Of a DNA stretch of 64,000 bases, positions 48,939-61,517 are shown one piece after another. Each line of letters starts with the position of its first letter. Positions within the stretch are counted from its first letter, which is position 1. The position numbers and the translations under genes are program-made. The notes beneath the pieces are model-generated. The model had not been told where the DNA came from. It ran no database searches and saw only the letters and a list, made by a program, of their open reading frames with translations. Source of the stretch: Azolla caroliniana (lineage: Eukaryota; Plantae; Polypodiophyta); NCBI GenBank assembly GCA_043228905.1, contig JBHGNT010000008.1, forward strand, positions 19,592,001 through 19,656,000, given 5' to 3'.

Positions 48939-51900
48939 AGAACGTAATTTCCAAAATTATATCAAGACTTTGCTTTTACACACTGTGCTAAGTAGCACTA
49001 TTTATACAAGTCCTCTTGGGACTGACAAAAGTACCATGTACTTCAATGCTCACACGAGCATCTGACACTTACTACGAGACTATAGATACCTAGTAGTCTA
49101 TCCTATTCAAGGCTTCCGATTGGATTGCCGGTTACGGATTGCACCCGGCCTCCACTGCTTGCCGGTTCGGTTGCTCACCGTCATACCAATCTGTTTCGCC
49201 CGATCCGTCTCGCTTACCGGCTCCGGCTTATTCAGCAGATCCGGCTCCGGTTGAGCTTGCCGCTCAACACTCCCCCTCAAGCTGAACCTGAGGTGGGGTC
49301 GTAGTGTCGACCTCTGTGGCAGTCGGTTCTTTCAACCGACTTCTCCTGGCGTCACTCCGCCTTGCTCGCGCTCCTCGTCCGGTCCGGTCCCATTTGCAGC
49401 GACCCCTTTGGTTCTACGCGCCTCGACCCTCTCGGTCGGCATGTCTGCTCAATAGGCCCATCTCAGCAATCACGTTGCTGTGACTCCGGCGCTTGTCGAT
49501 ACGTTGGTTTTCCCACGATGGCATCGACTTCCGCTGTGTCTGTGTCCCCTTGGCCTTCAGTCGATCCGACTCATCCGGGTCCATCTGTTGATCCGAGTCA
49601 GCTGTCTCCGACTCGTTCCAGCTCTTGTCCGAATCGGTACACTCCGATTCGACTTCCGGCTTCAGGCCTCTCACCACATCGGACCACTTCCGAGTCTTGG
49701 CCTGCTCCATGCTTCCCTCGGCTTCTTCAGCCGGTGAACCGAAATTGAATTCTCCATTCGACTCCGCATCATGGTCAGTACCGTCGTGATGACCTCCGCA
49801 CAGCATACACTTCTCTTCCTGAGTGCACAACTCTTCTTCACATCCGCTTGCTCCGACCTGTTCGGATGTGTCGACTTCCTTCGTCGACTCGGCTTCCTTC
49901 ATCTTCTTGTCTCCTCTTCTTCCGGCTCTCCTCTTACCGACGGGTTCAACAGTTTGTTGGCCTTTGCCCATTTCGGTAGAGACTTTGCCCTTGCTTCTCC
50001 CCCTCAAGTGCGGCACGTCGAGATGCTGAACACCAAGCATGTCGGTAAAGTGCTGCGAATTGTCCGATCCAAGCGGCTTGGTGAAGATGTCGGCAACTTG
50101 CCGATCCGTATGAACATACCGTAGGTCAACTTCACCGCTGAGGACCCGCTCACGCACGAAGTGGTAGTGCACCTCGATGTGCTTTGTGCGAGCATGGAAC
50201 ACGGGGTTCCCGGTGAGCTGCAGGCTGCTCATGTTATCGCAGTACATCGGGATCGGGGTCGGTACCTCGATCCGCAAGTCTCGCAGCAGTCGCCGAAGCC
50301 AGATGGCTTCACAAGTGGCAACGGTAGCGGCCCGGTACTCAGCCTCAGTGCTTGACAAAGCCACTGTGGGCTGCTTCTTGCTGCTCCACGCAATGGCCGC
50401 TCTACCTATGGAGACCATGTATCTCATTGCAGGCCAGTCCGGAGTTGGGACGGAGCTTCTGGTTCCGATCCAGGGGTGTGGAGACAGGTCGGCAATCCGA
50501 CATGCCGAACTTATATAGCATATTCAACACGTAATGTCGTTGTGAGAGCAATATGCCGTCGGGGGTCCGGATCACTTCGATCCCAAGAAAATAATGGAGG
50601 TCCCCCAGGTCCTTCATTTCGAATGCGTCCGACAACTGGGACTTGACGCGGTTGATTTCCGGAAGACCCGGTCCGGTGATGACTAAATCATCCACATACA
50701 AGAGTATACATACCGGACCGTCAGAGCCTTGCCGGATGAACAACGAAGAGTCCGACTTAGAGACAGCAAACCCCAGCTTACGCAACCGGTGCGTGATCTT
50801 CGCTTTCCAAGCTCGGGGGGCTTGCTTCAAGCCGTAAAGCGACTTCTTCAGTCGGCATACCGCCGATTTGTTCATCTCCGATTGAAATCCGGGGGGCTGA
50901 GTCATAAAGACTTCTTCTTCAAGCTCTCCTTGAAGGAAGGTGTTCTTCACATCCATCTGGTGAAGATGCCACCCCCTTGCCGCAGCAACCGCCAATACCA
51001 CACGAACCGTCGTCATCTTCGCCACAGGAGCGAAGGTCTCATCGTAGTCGATTCCGTGGGTCTGCGCGTATCCCTTCGCCACTAATTGGGCTTTGTACCA
51101 GTTAACAGAACCGTCGGCGTTGTACTTGACCTTGTACACCCACTTGCATCCGATCGGTTTACAGTGACGGGGAGGATCAACTAGGTCCCAAGTTTCGTTG
51201 GCATCGAGTGCCCACATTTCTTCGTCCATAGCGGCACGCCAATTTGCGTCCTTTGCGGCTTCTGCGTAGCTCTCCGGCTCACGCACTTTTGTTACCTTAG
51301 ACATGTACGCATAATGATGCGCCATGTATTCATTGTACCCGTACCGCATGATGGGATCCTTCTGGCGGGTTGATCGGCGCAACGCACCGTCACCTGATTT
51401 GAGGCCCTTCTTGGCCAGTTCGGTCTTCGTTGCCGAAGATCTGCCTTTCTCCTTTCCGGAGTCGGATACGCACCGATCCGACTCATCGTTGCCGGTTTCG
51501 AATTCCGACATCTTCCTCTTCCCCTTCTCTTTGCGCGTGAACCGTTTCCTTGGTTCCTTGCGCGGGGAGAGCACGACAGAGTCTCCACCACTTGCCGTCT
51601 CTTCATCTGACTGGTCCGACTCAGTCGCTCGTTTGGTCCACTCAACCGCAACGATTCGGGACTCTCATCTTGAGTCCCGGCTTCATCATCCTCTTCCAAG
51701 GCTGATTCAGGCTCACTGGCCTGATCTTCCGGCATTGGGTCGGGATCGAAAGTCGGAGTCGGTACGGAGTACCAGGATGCCGATTCATCGAACTCGAAAT
51801 CCTGGCTAACTCGGACTTCCTTCGTCCGGGGGTTATAGCACTTATACCCCTTTTGCTCTTGAGCATAGCCGACTAGGATGCATTTTTCCGATTTTGCATC

Positions 51901-54538
51901 CAGCTTCCTCCGCTTTTGATCCGGCACATGCACATACGCTATGCTGCCAAATATCCGAAGGTGTCTTAAGTTCGGCCTGCGCCCGAAATACAGCTCATGA
52001 GCTGACACCTTGTCACCAATGCGGTTTTGTATGTAGAAGACCGTCTAGACCTCCTCCGCCCAGTAGAACCGGGGCATGCTCTTCTCCTCCAGCATTGTCC
52101 TTGCCGCTTCGACGAGTGTCCGGTTCTTCCTTTCGGCCACACCGTTTTGCTCCGGTGTGTATCTGCAACTGAACTCTCGCCGAATTCCCTTCTGCTGCAG
52201 ATAACTAGTGAATTGGCTGGAAAAATATTCCTTTCCGCCATCCGACCGAAGGCATTTGATCTTCCTCTCCGATTCCCGTTCCACCATCTTCTGGAGGCTC
52301 CGGAAACACTTGAAGACTTCACTCTTCCGCTCAATGAGGTAGATCCAAGTATGCCGAGTATAGTCGTCGATGAAGGAGACGAAGTACCGGCTCCCGCCAA
52401 GGCTTACACTTTGTGCCGGTCCCCACACATCCGAATGGATGAGATCGAGCTTGTTACGGCTCCGGTTCCGTTCGGTGGGGAATGGAAGCCGGTGTTGCTT
52501 CCCAAGTTGGCAGGCTTCACAAATTTCGGCTCTCCGGTCGCTGAACTTCGGCAAACCGAAAACTACTTGTTTCGTTTGCAGGTCTTGAAGCCTCCGGTAG
52601 TTGACGTGGCCTATCCGCTTGTGCCATAGGTCGATGTCCGACTCGACCTTCTGTCGTTTTGCGAACAGAGCGGTGCCAATGTCTTTGGTGTTGAGGATAA
52701 ACATCCTCCCGTCTCTGCGCCCTTGCGCAATGACTTCGCCCTCATCCTCAATGAAGCACCCGAGGTGCGTAAACCGCACCTGCATCCCCTGGTCGACAAT
52801 TTGACCGACAGACACCAGGTTCTTCGTGATCGTCGGAATGTGTAATACGTTCATCAGCTTCCCTTTCTATCCGACGTGGCTTAGAGGGACTTCTCCGACG
52901 TGCACGATTGGGTGTGGAGTGTCGTCTCCAGTTTCGACTACTCCTGGTTGATCCGGTTTCTCCAGAAAGGAGAACCACTCTTTGTGGCTCGTCATGTGGT
53001 TCGACGCGCCGGAATCAACATACCACACTTCCTCCGTTTTGGAAGTGGTCTTCTTCATTGAGTTTGCCTTGTTATTCATCACCAAGGCTGGCCCCTTACT
53101 GGCCTTTCCGGTTCCGGATCCTCCTGATCCGTTTGCGTAGTGCGAGTTTTGCCGGCCATCCTTACCGGTCTTGCCGGATCCGGATTTGTCCGAATCGGCA
53201 CGCTTTCTCCAGCACTCGCTTTCCCTGTGGCCTTTTTTGCCACAGTACCAGCATTCCGTAGCGGATTTGTCTTGCCGTTCTCCGGCACCGCCTTGACTCC
53301 CCCTGCTTGTGGAAGTCCCGGAACTGCTATCGGCACACTCATAGTGCCTCCGTTCCTGCTCTTGCCGGCCGCCTCCATTGCGTGCCGACCCACCTCTTCC
53401 ACCACGCCCACAGTGCCGATCCGTTCCCGTGTACAACATTCGGCTGTCCGGGGATGCACTGGTAGATGCACCGGCGTGGTTCTCCTCTACAAGGAGCATC
53501 GACTGTAAGTCAACGAATGAGGGGGTATTCTCCCTTGTACACACCGCAGTCCGGAACGTTCCGAACTTGGACGCCAGGCCTCCGAGACATACCTGCAACA
53601 TCTCGTCTTCCTCTACGGTAACATTGATAGAGGCGAGTGAGTCGCAAATCTCCTTTATCCGGCCCGTGTAGTCTGCCACGGACATGTTCTTCTGTCGAAC
53701 ATTGCTCAACTCCTGTCTGAGTTGCAGCTTCCGGGCAGTGGTGCTTGCGGCGAAAACCTTTTTTAGGTTCCCCCAAGCATCCTTCGTTGTCTTGGCGTCA
53801 CGGATGTGGCTGAGCAGCTGATCGCCGACATTGGATGCGAAGCAGTACATCACCCTGCTTGCCGCCTGTTCCCATACCGGGAAGTCCATGTGTGCCGAGT
53901 CTGGCGCCGCATCATTCGCTCCTTCGACATAACTCCAGTACCCGTGTCCAAGCAGGTACTGATGCATCTTGTAAGACCAGGATGCGTAGTTGCTCCTGTC
54001 GAGCTTTTCTACCGGGAGCGACGTAGCCATGCCTCTATCCATGTCTTCTACTGTGTCTGTTTTCGACCTGTTAGGGTTTTCTTCTCAAGAGTAAATGTCT
54101 GCAGCAGAGGTTCTCAACCCTCGCGTTTTGATACCATGTAAACGTAAGTGTTTGCGGAAGCGTAAAACAGAGAACAACACAGAGAGAGAGAGAGAGACAG
54201 AGAGAGCAGAACGTAATTTCCAGAATTATATCAAGACTCTGCTTTTACACACTGTGCTAAGTAGCACTATTTATACAAGTCCTCTTGGGACTGACAGAAG
54301 TACCATCTACTTCAATGCTCACACGAGCATCTGACACTTACTACGAGACAATAGATACCTAGTAGTCTATCCTATTCTAGGCTTCCGATTGGATTGCCGG
54401 TTACGGATTGCACCCGGCCTCCACTGCTTGCCGGTTCGGTTGCTCACAGTCATACCGATCCGTTTCACCCGATCCGTCTCGCTTACCGGCTCCGGCTTAT
54501 TCAGCCGATCCGGCTCTGGTTGAGCTTGCCGCTCAACA
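48846..54538 (-). mobile_element. Copia F nested in the 3' LTR of its relative E
   Basis: LTRs 48846-49269 and 54137-54538, PBS ~54125-54136, PPT 49270-49280, TSD TATAT. Confidence 0.93.
49265..54042 (-). pseudogene. Element F Gag-Pol with a few stops, an RT/RNase H deletion (~50420) and C-terminal extension
   Basis: ORFs 52867-54042, 52045-52854, 51292-52008, 50402-51574, 49414-50427 carry consecutive copia domains. Confidence 0.9.
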
Positions 54539-54827
54539 TATATCTACAACGCGCTCATCAGCGCTATTTATACAAGTCTACACGAGACTGCTAGAAGTAC
54601 GGTGTACTTCAATGCTCACACGAGCATCTGACACTAACTACGAGACTATAACTGCCTAGTAGTCTAACCTATACTAGGCTTCCGGTTACGGATTGGATCC
54701 GGCATACCGGCTCCCCAGCTCACCGGTCCTTACTGATTACCGGCTCGGTTGCTCACCGGCATACCGATTCATCTCGCTTACCGGCTCAGGCTTATTCAGC
54801 CAATCCGGCTCCGGTTGAGCTTGCCGC

Positions 54828-57800
54828 TCAACACTCCCCCTCAAGCTCAACCTGAGGTAGGGTTGTAGTGTCAACCTCTGTGGCAGCCGATTCTTCCAAC
54901 TGACTTCTCCTGGCGTCGCTTCGCCTTGCTCGCGCTCCTGGTCCGGTCCGGTCCCGTTTGCCGTGACCCCTTTGGTTTTGCGTGCCTCGACCTCTAGCAT
55001 GTCTGCTCAATAGGCCCATCTCAGCTCCTTCGCTGCTATGACTCCGGCGCTTGCGGATCCGTCAGTTCCTCCGCGATGGCATCGACTTCCGCTGCGTCCG
55101 TGTCTCCTTGGCCTCTCGTTGATCCGACTCATCCGGATCCTTCTGTTGATCCGAATCGGTTGTCTCCGACTCATTCGAGCTCTTGTTTGAATCGGTATCC
55201 TCCGATTTGATTTTTGGCTTCAGGCCTCTCACCACATCGGACCACGTCCGGGTCTTGGCCTTCTTCGTGCTTCCCTTGGCTTCTTCACAGCCGCCCACTT
55301 CGATTCATTCGGATGTGCCGACTTCCTTCGTCGACTCGGCTTCATTTTTCTTCTGGTCTCCACCTCTACCGGTTCTTCTCTTACCTATGGGTTCAACAGT
55401 TTTTTTGGCTTTGCCCGTTTCGGTTGTGTCTTTGCCCTTGCGTCTCCCCCTCAAGTGCGGCACGTCGAGATGCTGAACGCCAAGCATTTTGGTAAAGTGC
55501 TGCAACTTGTCCGACCCGAGCGGCTTGGTGAAGATGTCGGCAACTTGCCGATCCGTGTGAACATACCGTAGTTCAACTTCACCGCTCAGGACCCGCTCAC
55601 GCACGCAGTGATAATGCACTTCTATGTGCTTTGTGCGAGCATGGAACACAGGGTTCTTGGCGACCTGCATGCTACTGAGGTTATCGCAGTAGATTAGGAT
55701 CGGGGTCGGTACCTCGATCCGCCGGTCTTGCAGTAGTCGCCGAAGCCAGATGGCTTCGCAGGTGACAATGGTTGCGGCCCGGTATTCAGCCTTAGTGCTG
55801 GATGGAGCCACTGTTGGCTGCTTTTTGATGCTCCACACAACAGCCGCGCTCCCAAGAGAAAACATAAAGCCGGAAGTTGAGCGACAATCCGTTGCATCGC
55901 TAGCCTAGTCGACATCCGTGTAGCCGACAAGTTCTTTGGTCATACCTTGCTGGTATAAGAGCCCCCGGTCCTTAGTGCCGCTTACATACCTCAGTATTCG
56001 TTCCGCGCACTGAAGGTCACGGTTGGCTTCTGCATGAATTGGCTTACCACTCCGACTGGATAGCTAATGTCGGGTCGGGTGATGGTCAAGTAGATCAGGC
56101 TTCCGACTATTTGTCGGAACCGTTTCTCATCGCAGGCTGGTCCGGAGTTGGGACGGATCTTCTGATTCCGGTCCAGGGGTGTGGAGACAGGTCGGCATTC
56201 CGTCATGCCGAACTTGTACAGCATATTCAACACATAATGCATTGAGAAAGCAATATGTTGTCGGAGGTGCGGATCACCTCAATCCCCAAAAAATAATGAA
56301 GGTCCCCCAAGTCCTTCATATCGAATGCGTCCGACAACTAGGACTTGACGCGGTTGATTTCCGGAAGACCTGGGCCGGTGATGACTAAATCATCAACATA
56401 GAGTAAGATACATACCAGACCGTTTGAGCCTTGACAGATGAACAGGGAAGAGTCCGACTTAGAGGCAACAAACCCCATCTTTCGCAACCGGTGCATGATT
56501 TTAGCATTCCAAGCATGGGGGGCTTGCTTCAAGCCGTACAACGACTTCCTCAACCGGCACACCGCCGACTTGTTCACCTCTGACTGAAATCCGAGGGGCT
56601 GAGTCATAAAGAATTCTTCTTCACGATCTCCTTGAAGGAAGGCATTCTTCACATCCATCTGATGAAGATGCCACCCCCTTGCCACAGCAACCGCCAGTAC
56701 CACACGAATCGTCGTCATCTTCGCTACAGGAGCGAAGGTCTCCTCGTAGTCGATTCCATGGGTCTACGCATATCCCTTCGCCACTAACCGGGCCTTGTAC
56801 CGATTAACTGTACCGTCGGCATTGTACTTTACCTTGTACACCCACTTGCATATGATCGGTTTACAGTGACGGGGAGGGTCAACTAGGTCCCAAGTTCCAT
56901 TGGCATCTAGTGGCCGCATTTCTTCCGCCATAGCGGCACGCCAATTGGCGTCCTTTGCCGCTTCTGCGTAGCTCTCCGGCTCACGCACTTCCACGACCTT
57001 GGTCATGTACGCATAATGATGCGCCATGTACTCGTTATACCCGTACCATTTAACGGGATCCTTCTGGCGGGTGGACCGGCGTAACTCACCGTTACCTGGT
57101 ATGAGACCCTTCTTGGCCAGTTCGGTCTTCGTTCCCGAGGATCTGCCTATGTCCTTGTCAAAGTCAGATATGCACCGATCCGACTCATCATTGCCGGTCT
57201 CGAATTCCGGCATCTTCTGCTTCCCTTTCTCTTTGCGTGTGAACTGTCTCCTTGGTTCCTTGCGCGGGGAGAGCACGACAAAGTCTCCACTACTCGTCGT
57301 CGCATCATCCGACTGGTTGGACTGATCTAGTCTCTCATTCGGTCCGCTTAACCGGAATGATTCCAGGCTCTCATCTTGGGTTCTTGCTTCATCTTCCTCT
57401 ACCTGGGCTGATTCAGGCTCACTAGCCCCATCTTCCGACATCGGGTCGGGATCGGAAGTCGGAGTCGGTAAGGAATACCACGATGCCGATTCATCAAACT
57501 CGACATCTCGACTGACTCGGACCTGCTTCATCCAGGGGTTATAACACTTATACCCTTTTTGCTCTTGAGCATAGCTGACTAGGATGCATTTTTCCGATTT
57601 TGCATCGAGCTTCCTCCACTTCTCATCCGGCACATGTACATAGGCTATGCTGCCGAATATCCGTAGGTGTCTCAAATTCGGCTTGCACCCGAAATACAGC
57701 TCGTGAGCTGACACCTTGTCCCCGATCCGGTTCTGGATGTAAACGACCGTTTGGACCGCCTCCGCCCAGTAGAACTTGGGCATGCTCTTTTCCTCCAGCA

Positions 57801-59732
57801 TTGCCCTAGCCGCGTCAATCAACGACTGATTCTTCCTTTCGGCCACACCGTTCTGTTGCGGTGTGTATCTGCAGCTGAATTCTCGCCGAATTCCTTTATG
57901 TTGCAAATAGCTATTGAATTGGCCGGAAAAGTACTCTTTTCCGCCATTCGACCGTAGGCATTTGATCTTCCTCTCCAATTCCCGTTCCACCATCTTCTGG
58001 AGGCTCCGGAAACACTCGAAGACTTCGCCCTTCCGCTCAATGAGGTAGATCCACATATGCCTCGTGTAGTCGTCGATGAAGGAGACGAAATATCGATTCC
58101 CGCCAATGCTAACATTTTGTGCCGGTCCCCACACATCCGAATGGATAAGATCGAGCTTGTTCGATTTCTTTCAATGGGGAATGGAAGCCGGTGTTGCTTC
58201 CCGAGTTGGCAGGCTTCACAAAGCTGGGCTCTCCGACCGCTAAACTTCGGCAAACCGAAAACGACTTGTTCCGTTTGCAGGGCTTGAAGCCTCCTGTAGT
58301 TGACGTGGCCGATCCGCTTGTGCTACAGGTCGATATCCGACTCGACCTTCTGTCCTTTGGCGAACAGTGCGGTGCTGACGTCATTAGTGTTGAGGATAAA
58401 CATCCTCCCATCTTTGCGCCCTTGCGCAATAACTTCGCCCTCATCCTCCATGAAGCACCCGAGGTGCGTAAATCGCACCTGCATCCCCTGGTCGACGATA
58501 TGTCCGACTGACACCAGGTTCTTCATGATCGTCGGAACATGTAATACATTCATCAGCTTCCCCTTCTGTCCGATGTGGCTCAAAGGGACTTCTCCGACGT
58601 GCACGATCGGGTGGGGAGTGTCGTCTCCGGTTTCAACAACTCCCGGTTGATCCGGCTTCTCCAAAAAGGAGAACCACTCCCCGTGGCTCGTCATGTGGTT
58701 CGATGCGCCGTAGTCAACGTACCACACTTCCTCCGATTTGGAAGTGGTCTTCTTCATTGAGTCTACCTTGTGCTTCATCACCAAGGCTGGCCCCTTATCG
58801 TTCCTGGATCCTTCCGATCCGTTTACGTAGTGCGAGCTTTGCCGGCCTTCCTTACCGGTCTTGCCAGACCCGGATTTGTCTAAATCGGCACGCTTTCTCC
58901 AACACTCACTTTCCTTGTGGCCCTTTTTTTCCACAGTACCAACATTCTGTAGCGGATTTGTCTTGCCGGCCTCCGGCACCGCCTTGACTCCCTCTGCTTG
59001 TGGAAGTCCCGGAACTGTTGTCGGCACGCTCACTGTGCCTTCGTTCCTACTCTTGCCGGCCGCCTCCATTGCGTGCCGACCTGCCTCGTCCACCACGCCC
59101 GCGGGACCGATCCGCTCCCGTGTACAGCATCCGGTTGTCTGAGGATGCATTGGTAGATGCACCGGCGTGGTTCTCCTCTACAAGGAGCATCGACTGTAAG
59201 TCGAAAAATGAGGGCGTATTCTCCCTTGTACAAACCGCAGTCCGGAAAGCTCCGAACTTGGACACTAGGCCTCCAAGACAGACCTGCACCATCTCGTCTT
59301 CCTCTACGGTGACGCCAATAGAGGCAAGCGAGTCATAGATCCCTTTGATCCGGGCTGTGTAATCTGCCACCGACATGTTCTTCTGTCGAACATTGCTCAA
59401 CTCCTGTTTGAGTTGCACCTTCCGGGCAGTGGTGCTTGTGACGAAAACCTTTTTCAAGTTTCCCCAAGCATCCTTCGGTGTCTTGGCGTCACAGATATAG
59501 CTTAGCAGTTGGTCACCGACACTGGACGCGAAGCAATACATCACCCTGCTTGCCGCCTGTTCCCACACTGGGAAGTCCTTGTGTGTCGTGTCTGGTGCTG
59601 AGTCGTTCACTCCGTCGACATAACTCTAGTAGCCATGCCCAAGCAGGTACTAGTGCATCTTGTATGACCAAGATGCGTAGTTGGTTCTGTCGAGCTTCTC
59701 CACTGGGAGCGAGTAGCCATACCTCTGTCCAT
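54828..59732 (-). pseudogene. Element E Gag-Pol, fragmented, with C-terminal extension
   Basis: ORFs 59047-59610, 58323-59162, 56764-58134, 56338-56718, 55305-55865, 54828-55019. Confidence 0.9.
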
Positions 59733-60241
59733 TTCTCCTTTTGTGTCTGTTAGGGTTTCCTTCACAAGCGTAGATGTCTGCAACAGAGGTTCTCAACCCA
59801 CGCGCTCTGATACCATGTGAAAGATTGCTTGCGGAAGCGTTAGAAGGAACAATACACAGAGAGAGAGAAAGAGAGAGAGTACGTGGAAGAGACACAGAGA
59901 GAGTAAAACACACTGTTTCTCAAAATTATATGAATACTCTGTGCTCCATATCTACAACGCGCTCATCAACGCTATTTATACAAGTCCACACGGGACTGTT
60001 AGAAGTACGGTGTACTTCAATGCTCACACGAGCATCTAACACTAACTACGAGACTATAACTGCCTAGTAGTCTAACCTATACTAGGCTTCCGGTTACGGA
60101 TTGGATCCGGCATACTGGCTCCCCAGCTCACCGGTCCTTACTGCTTACCGGCTCAGTTGCTCACCGGCATACCGATTCATCTCGCTTACCGGCTCAGGCT
60201 TATTCAACCGATCTGGCTCTGGTTGAGCTTGCCGCTCAACA

Positions 60242-61041
60242 TATGGCAAATGACATTTTCCGGGATTTCTTGGATATCTTTCTCATCATCTACCGAGATG
60301 ATCTATTGATTTACTCTAAAACATAGGAGAAGCATGATATACATGTTTGTAAAGTACTTGAACGCCTAAGAAAGTATGGTCTTTATGCCAAACTTGAGAA
60401 ATGCAGTTTTGATTGCAAACAAGTCGAATTTGTAGGATACAATATTTCATCCAAGGGTATTTTCATGAATGCAGAAAAAGTCCAAACAATATTGAAATGG
60501 AAACCCCCATGTGTTGCCCCTCACCCAACTCATCAAGAAAAATCAAGCATTTTTTTGGAGTATCGAAGCGGACAAGACTTTTACTCAGCTCAAAGAGCCA
60601 TTCACATCAACACCTATCCTAGCGCATATAGATCACAAAAAGCCATTTACTATTGAGGCGGATGCGGAAGACTTCGCATTCGGGAGTATCCTATCGCAAC
60701 TAGGTGAGGATGGGCAAAATCATCCAGTCGTGTTTCACTCACGAAAATTTATTGTTTCAGAGATAAACTATGAAGTGCATGACAAGGAATTACTAGTTGT
60801 GGTCGACTCATTTGAGCAATGGCGAAATTTTCTAGAAGGATCGCCTCATCAGATTATCATTTATAGTGATCACAAAAATCTCACATATTTTCAAACAACT
60901 GGAGTATTAAATAGACGACAAGCTCGGTGGGCCCAATTTCCAACACGTTTCGATTTCAAGATAATTTTTCGCCCCGGAAAACAACAAGGGAAGGCTGATG
61001 CTTTGTCTCGGTGTTCGTATCTAGCTCTTCAACCTAGAGAT
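60242..61041 (+). pseudogene. Chromovirus RT end and RNase H
   Basis: Continues 48713 across TSD TATGG; IEADA, NYEVHDKELL, YSDHKNL, KADALSR. Confidence 0.9.
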
Positions 61042-61517
61042 TGTTGTAGGTTTTAGGATTAGGGTTAAGATTTATGATAATGATGATAATTGATGATGAA
61101 GATAGACATGGTGTAATAGTGGAGATGATGAATGGTATGATGGTGAGATAGAACATGACAATGTTGACAAACAATGATGGGTGGGGGGTGGTGCCTAGAA
61201 TGGCTCCACCCCCCTCCCAAGGGGTTTCAACGTAAAGGAAGAGAGAGAGAGAAAGATGTCAAAGAGAGAGAGAGAGAGAGAAATGATCATTGTTTTCATT
61301 TATTCCCCATAAGGGGTTAAATAGGTACAAAGGGGTAGATACACAAGGGTGCAAGTCCCCTTGGGCATTCACACCTTGTCACTCACTCACACCTCTTTGT
61401 ATCCACCACACTCACACTTACATTCACACTCATAGTCGTATAACGTTACACATACATTACTTCTTTTACCCTCATTTATCACACATATCAATCACCCGTA
61501 CATCTCGTACGGTAACA
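61042..61517 (-). repeat. Complete LTR of family X with non-matching flanks
   Basis: TGTTGT...GTAACA termini; flanks GAGAT and CGAAC; inverted relative to 44949-46687. Confidence 0.85.

Larger units (their letters stand above)
48714..60241 (-). mobile_element. Degenerate copia E (C-related) inserted in the chromovirus RT
   Basis: 5' LTR 59816-60241, PBS 59804-59815, 3' LTR 48714-48845 + 54544-54833, TSD TATGG at 48709-48713 and 60242-60246. Confidence 0.93.
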
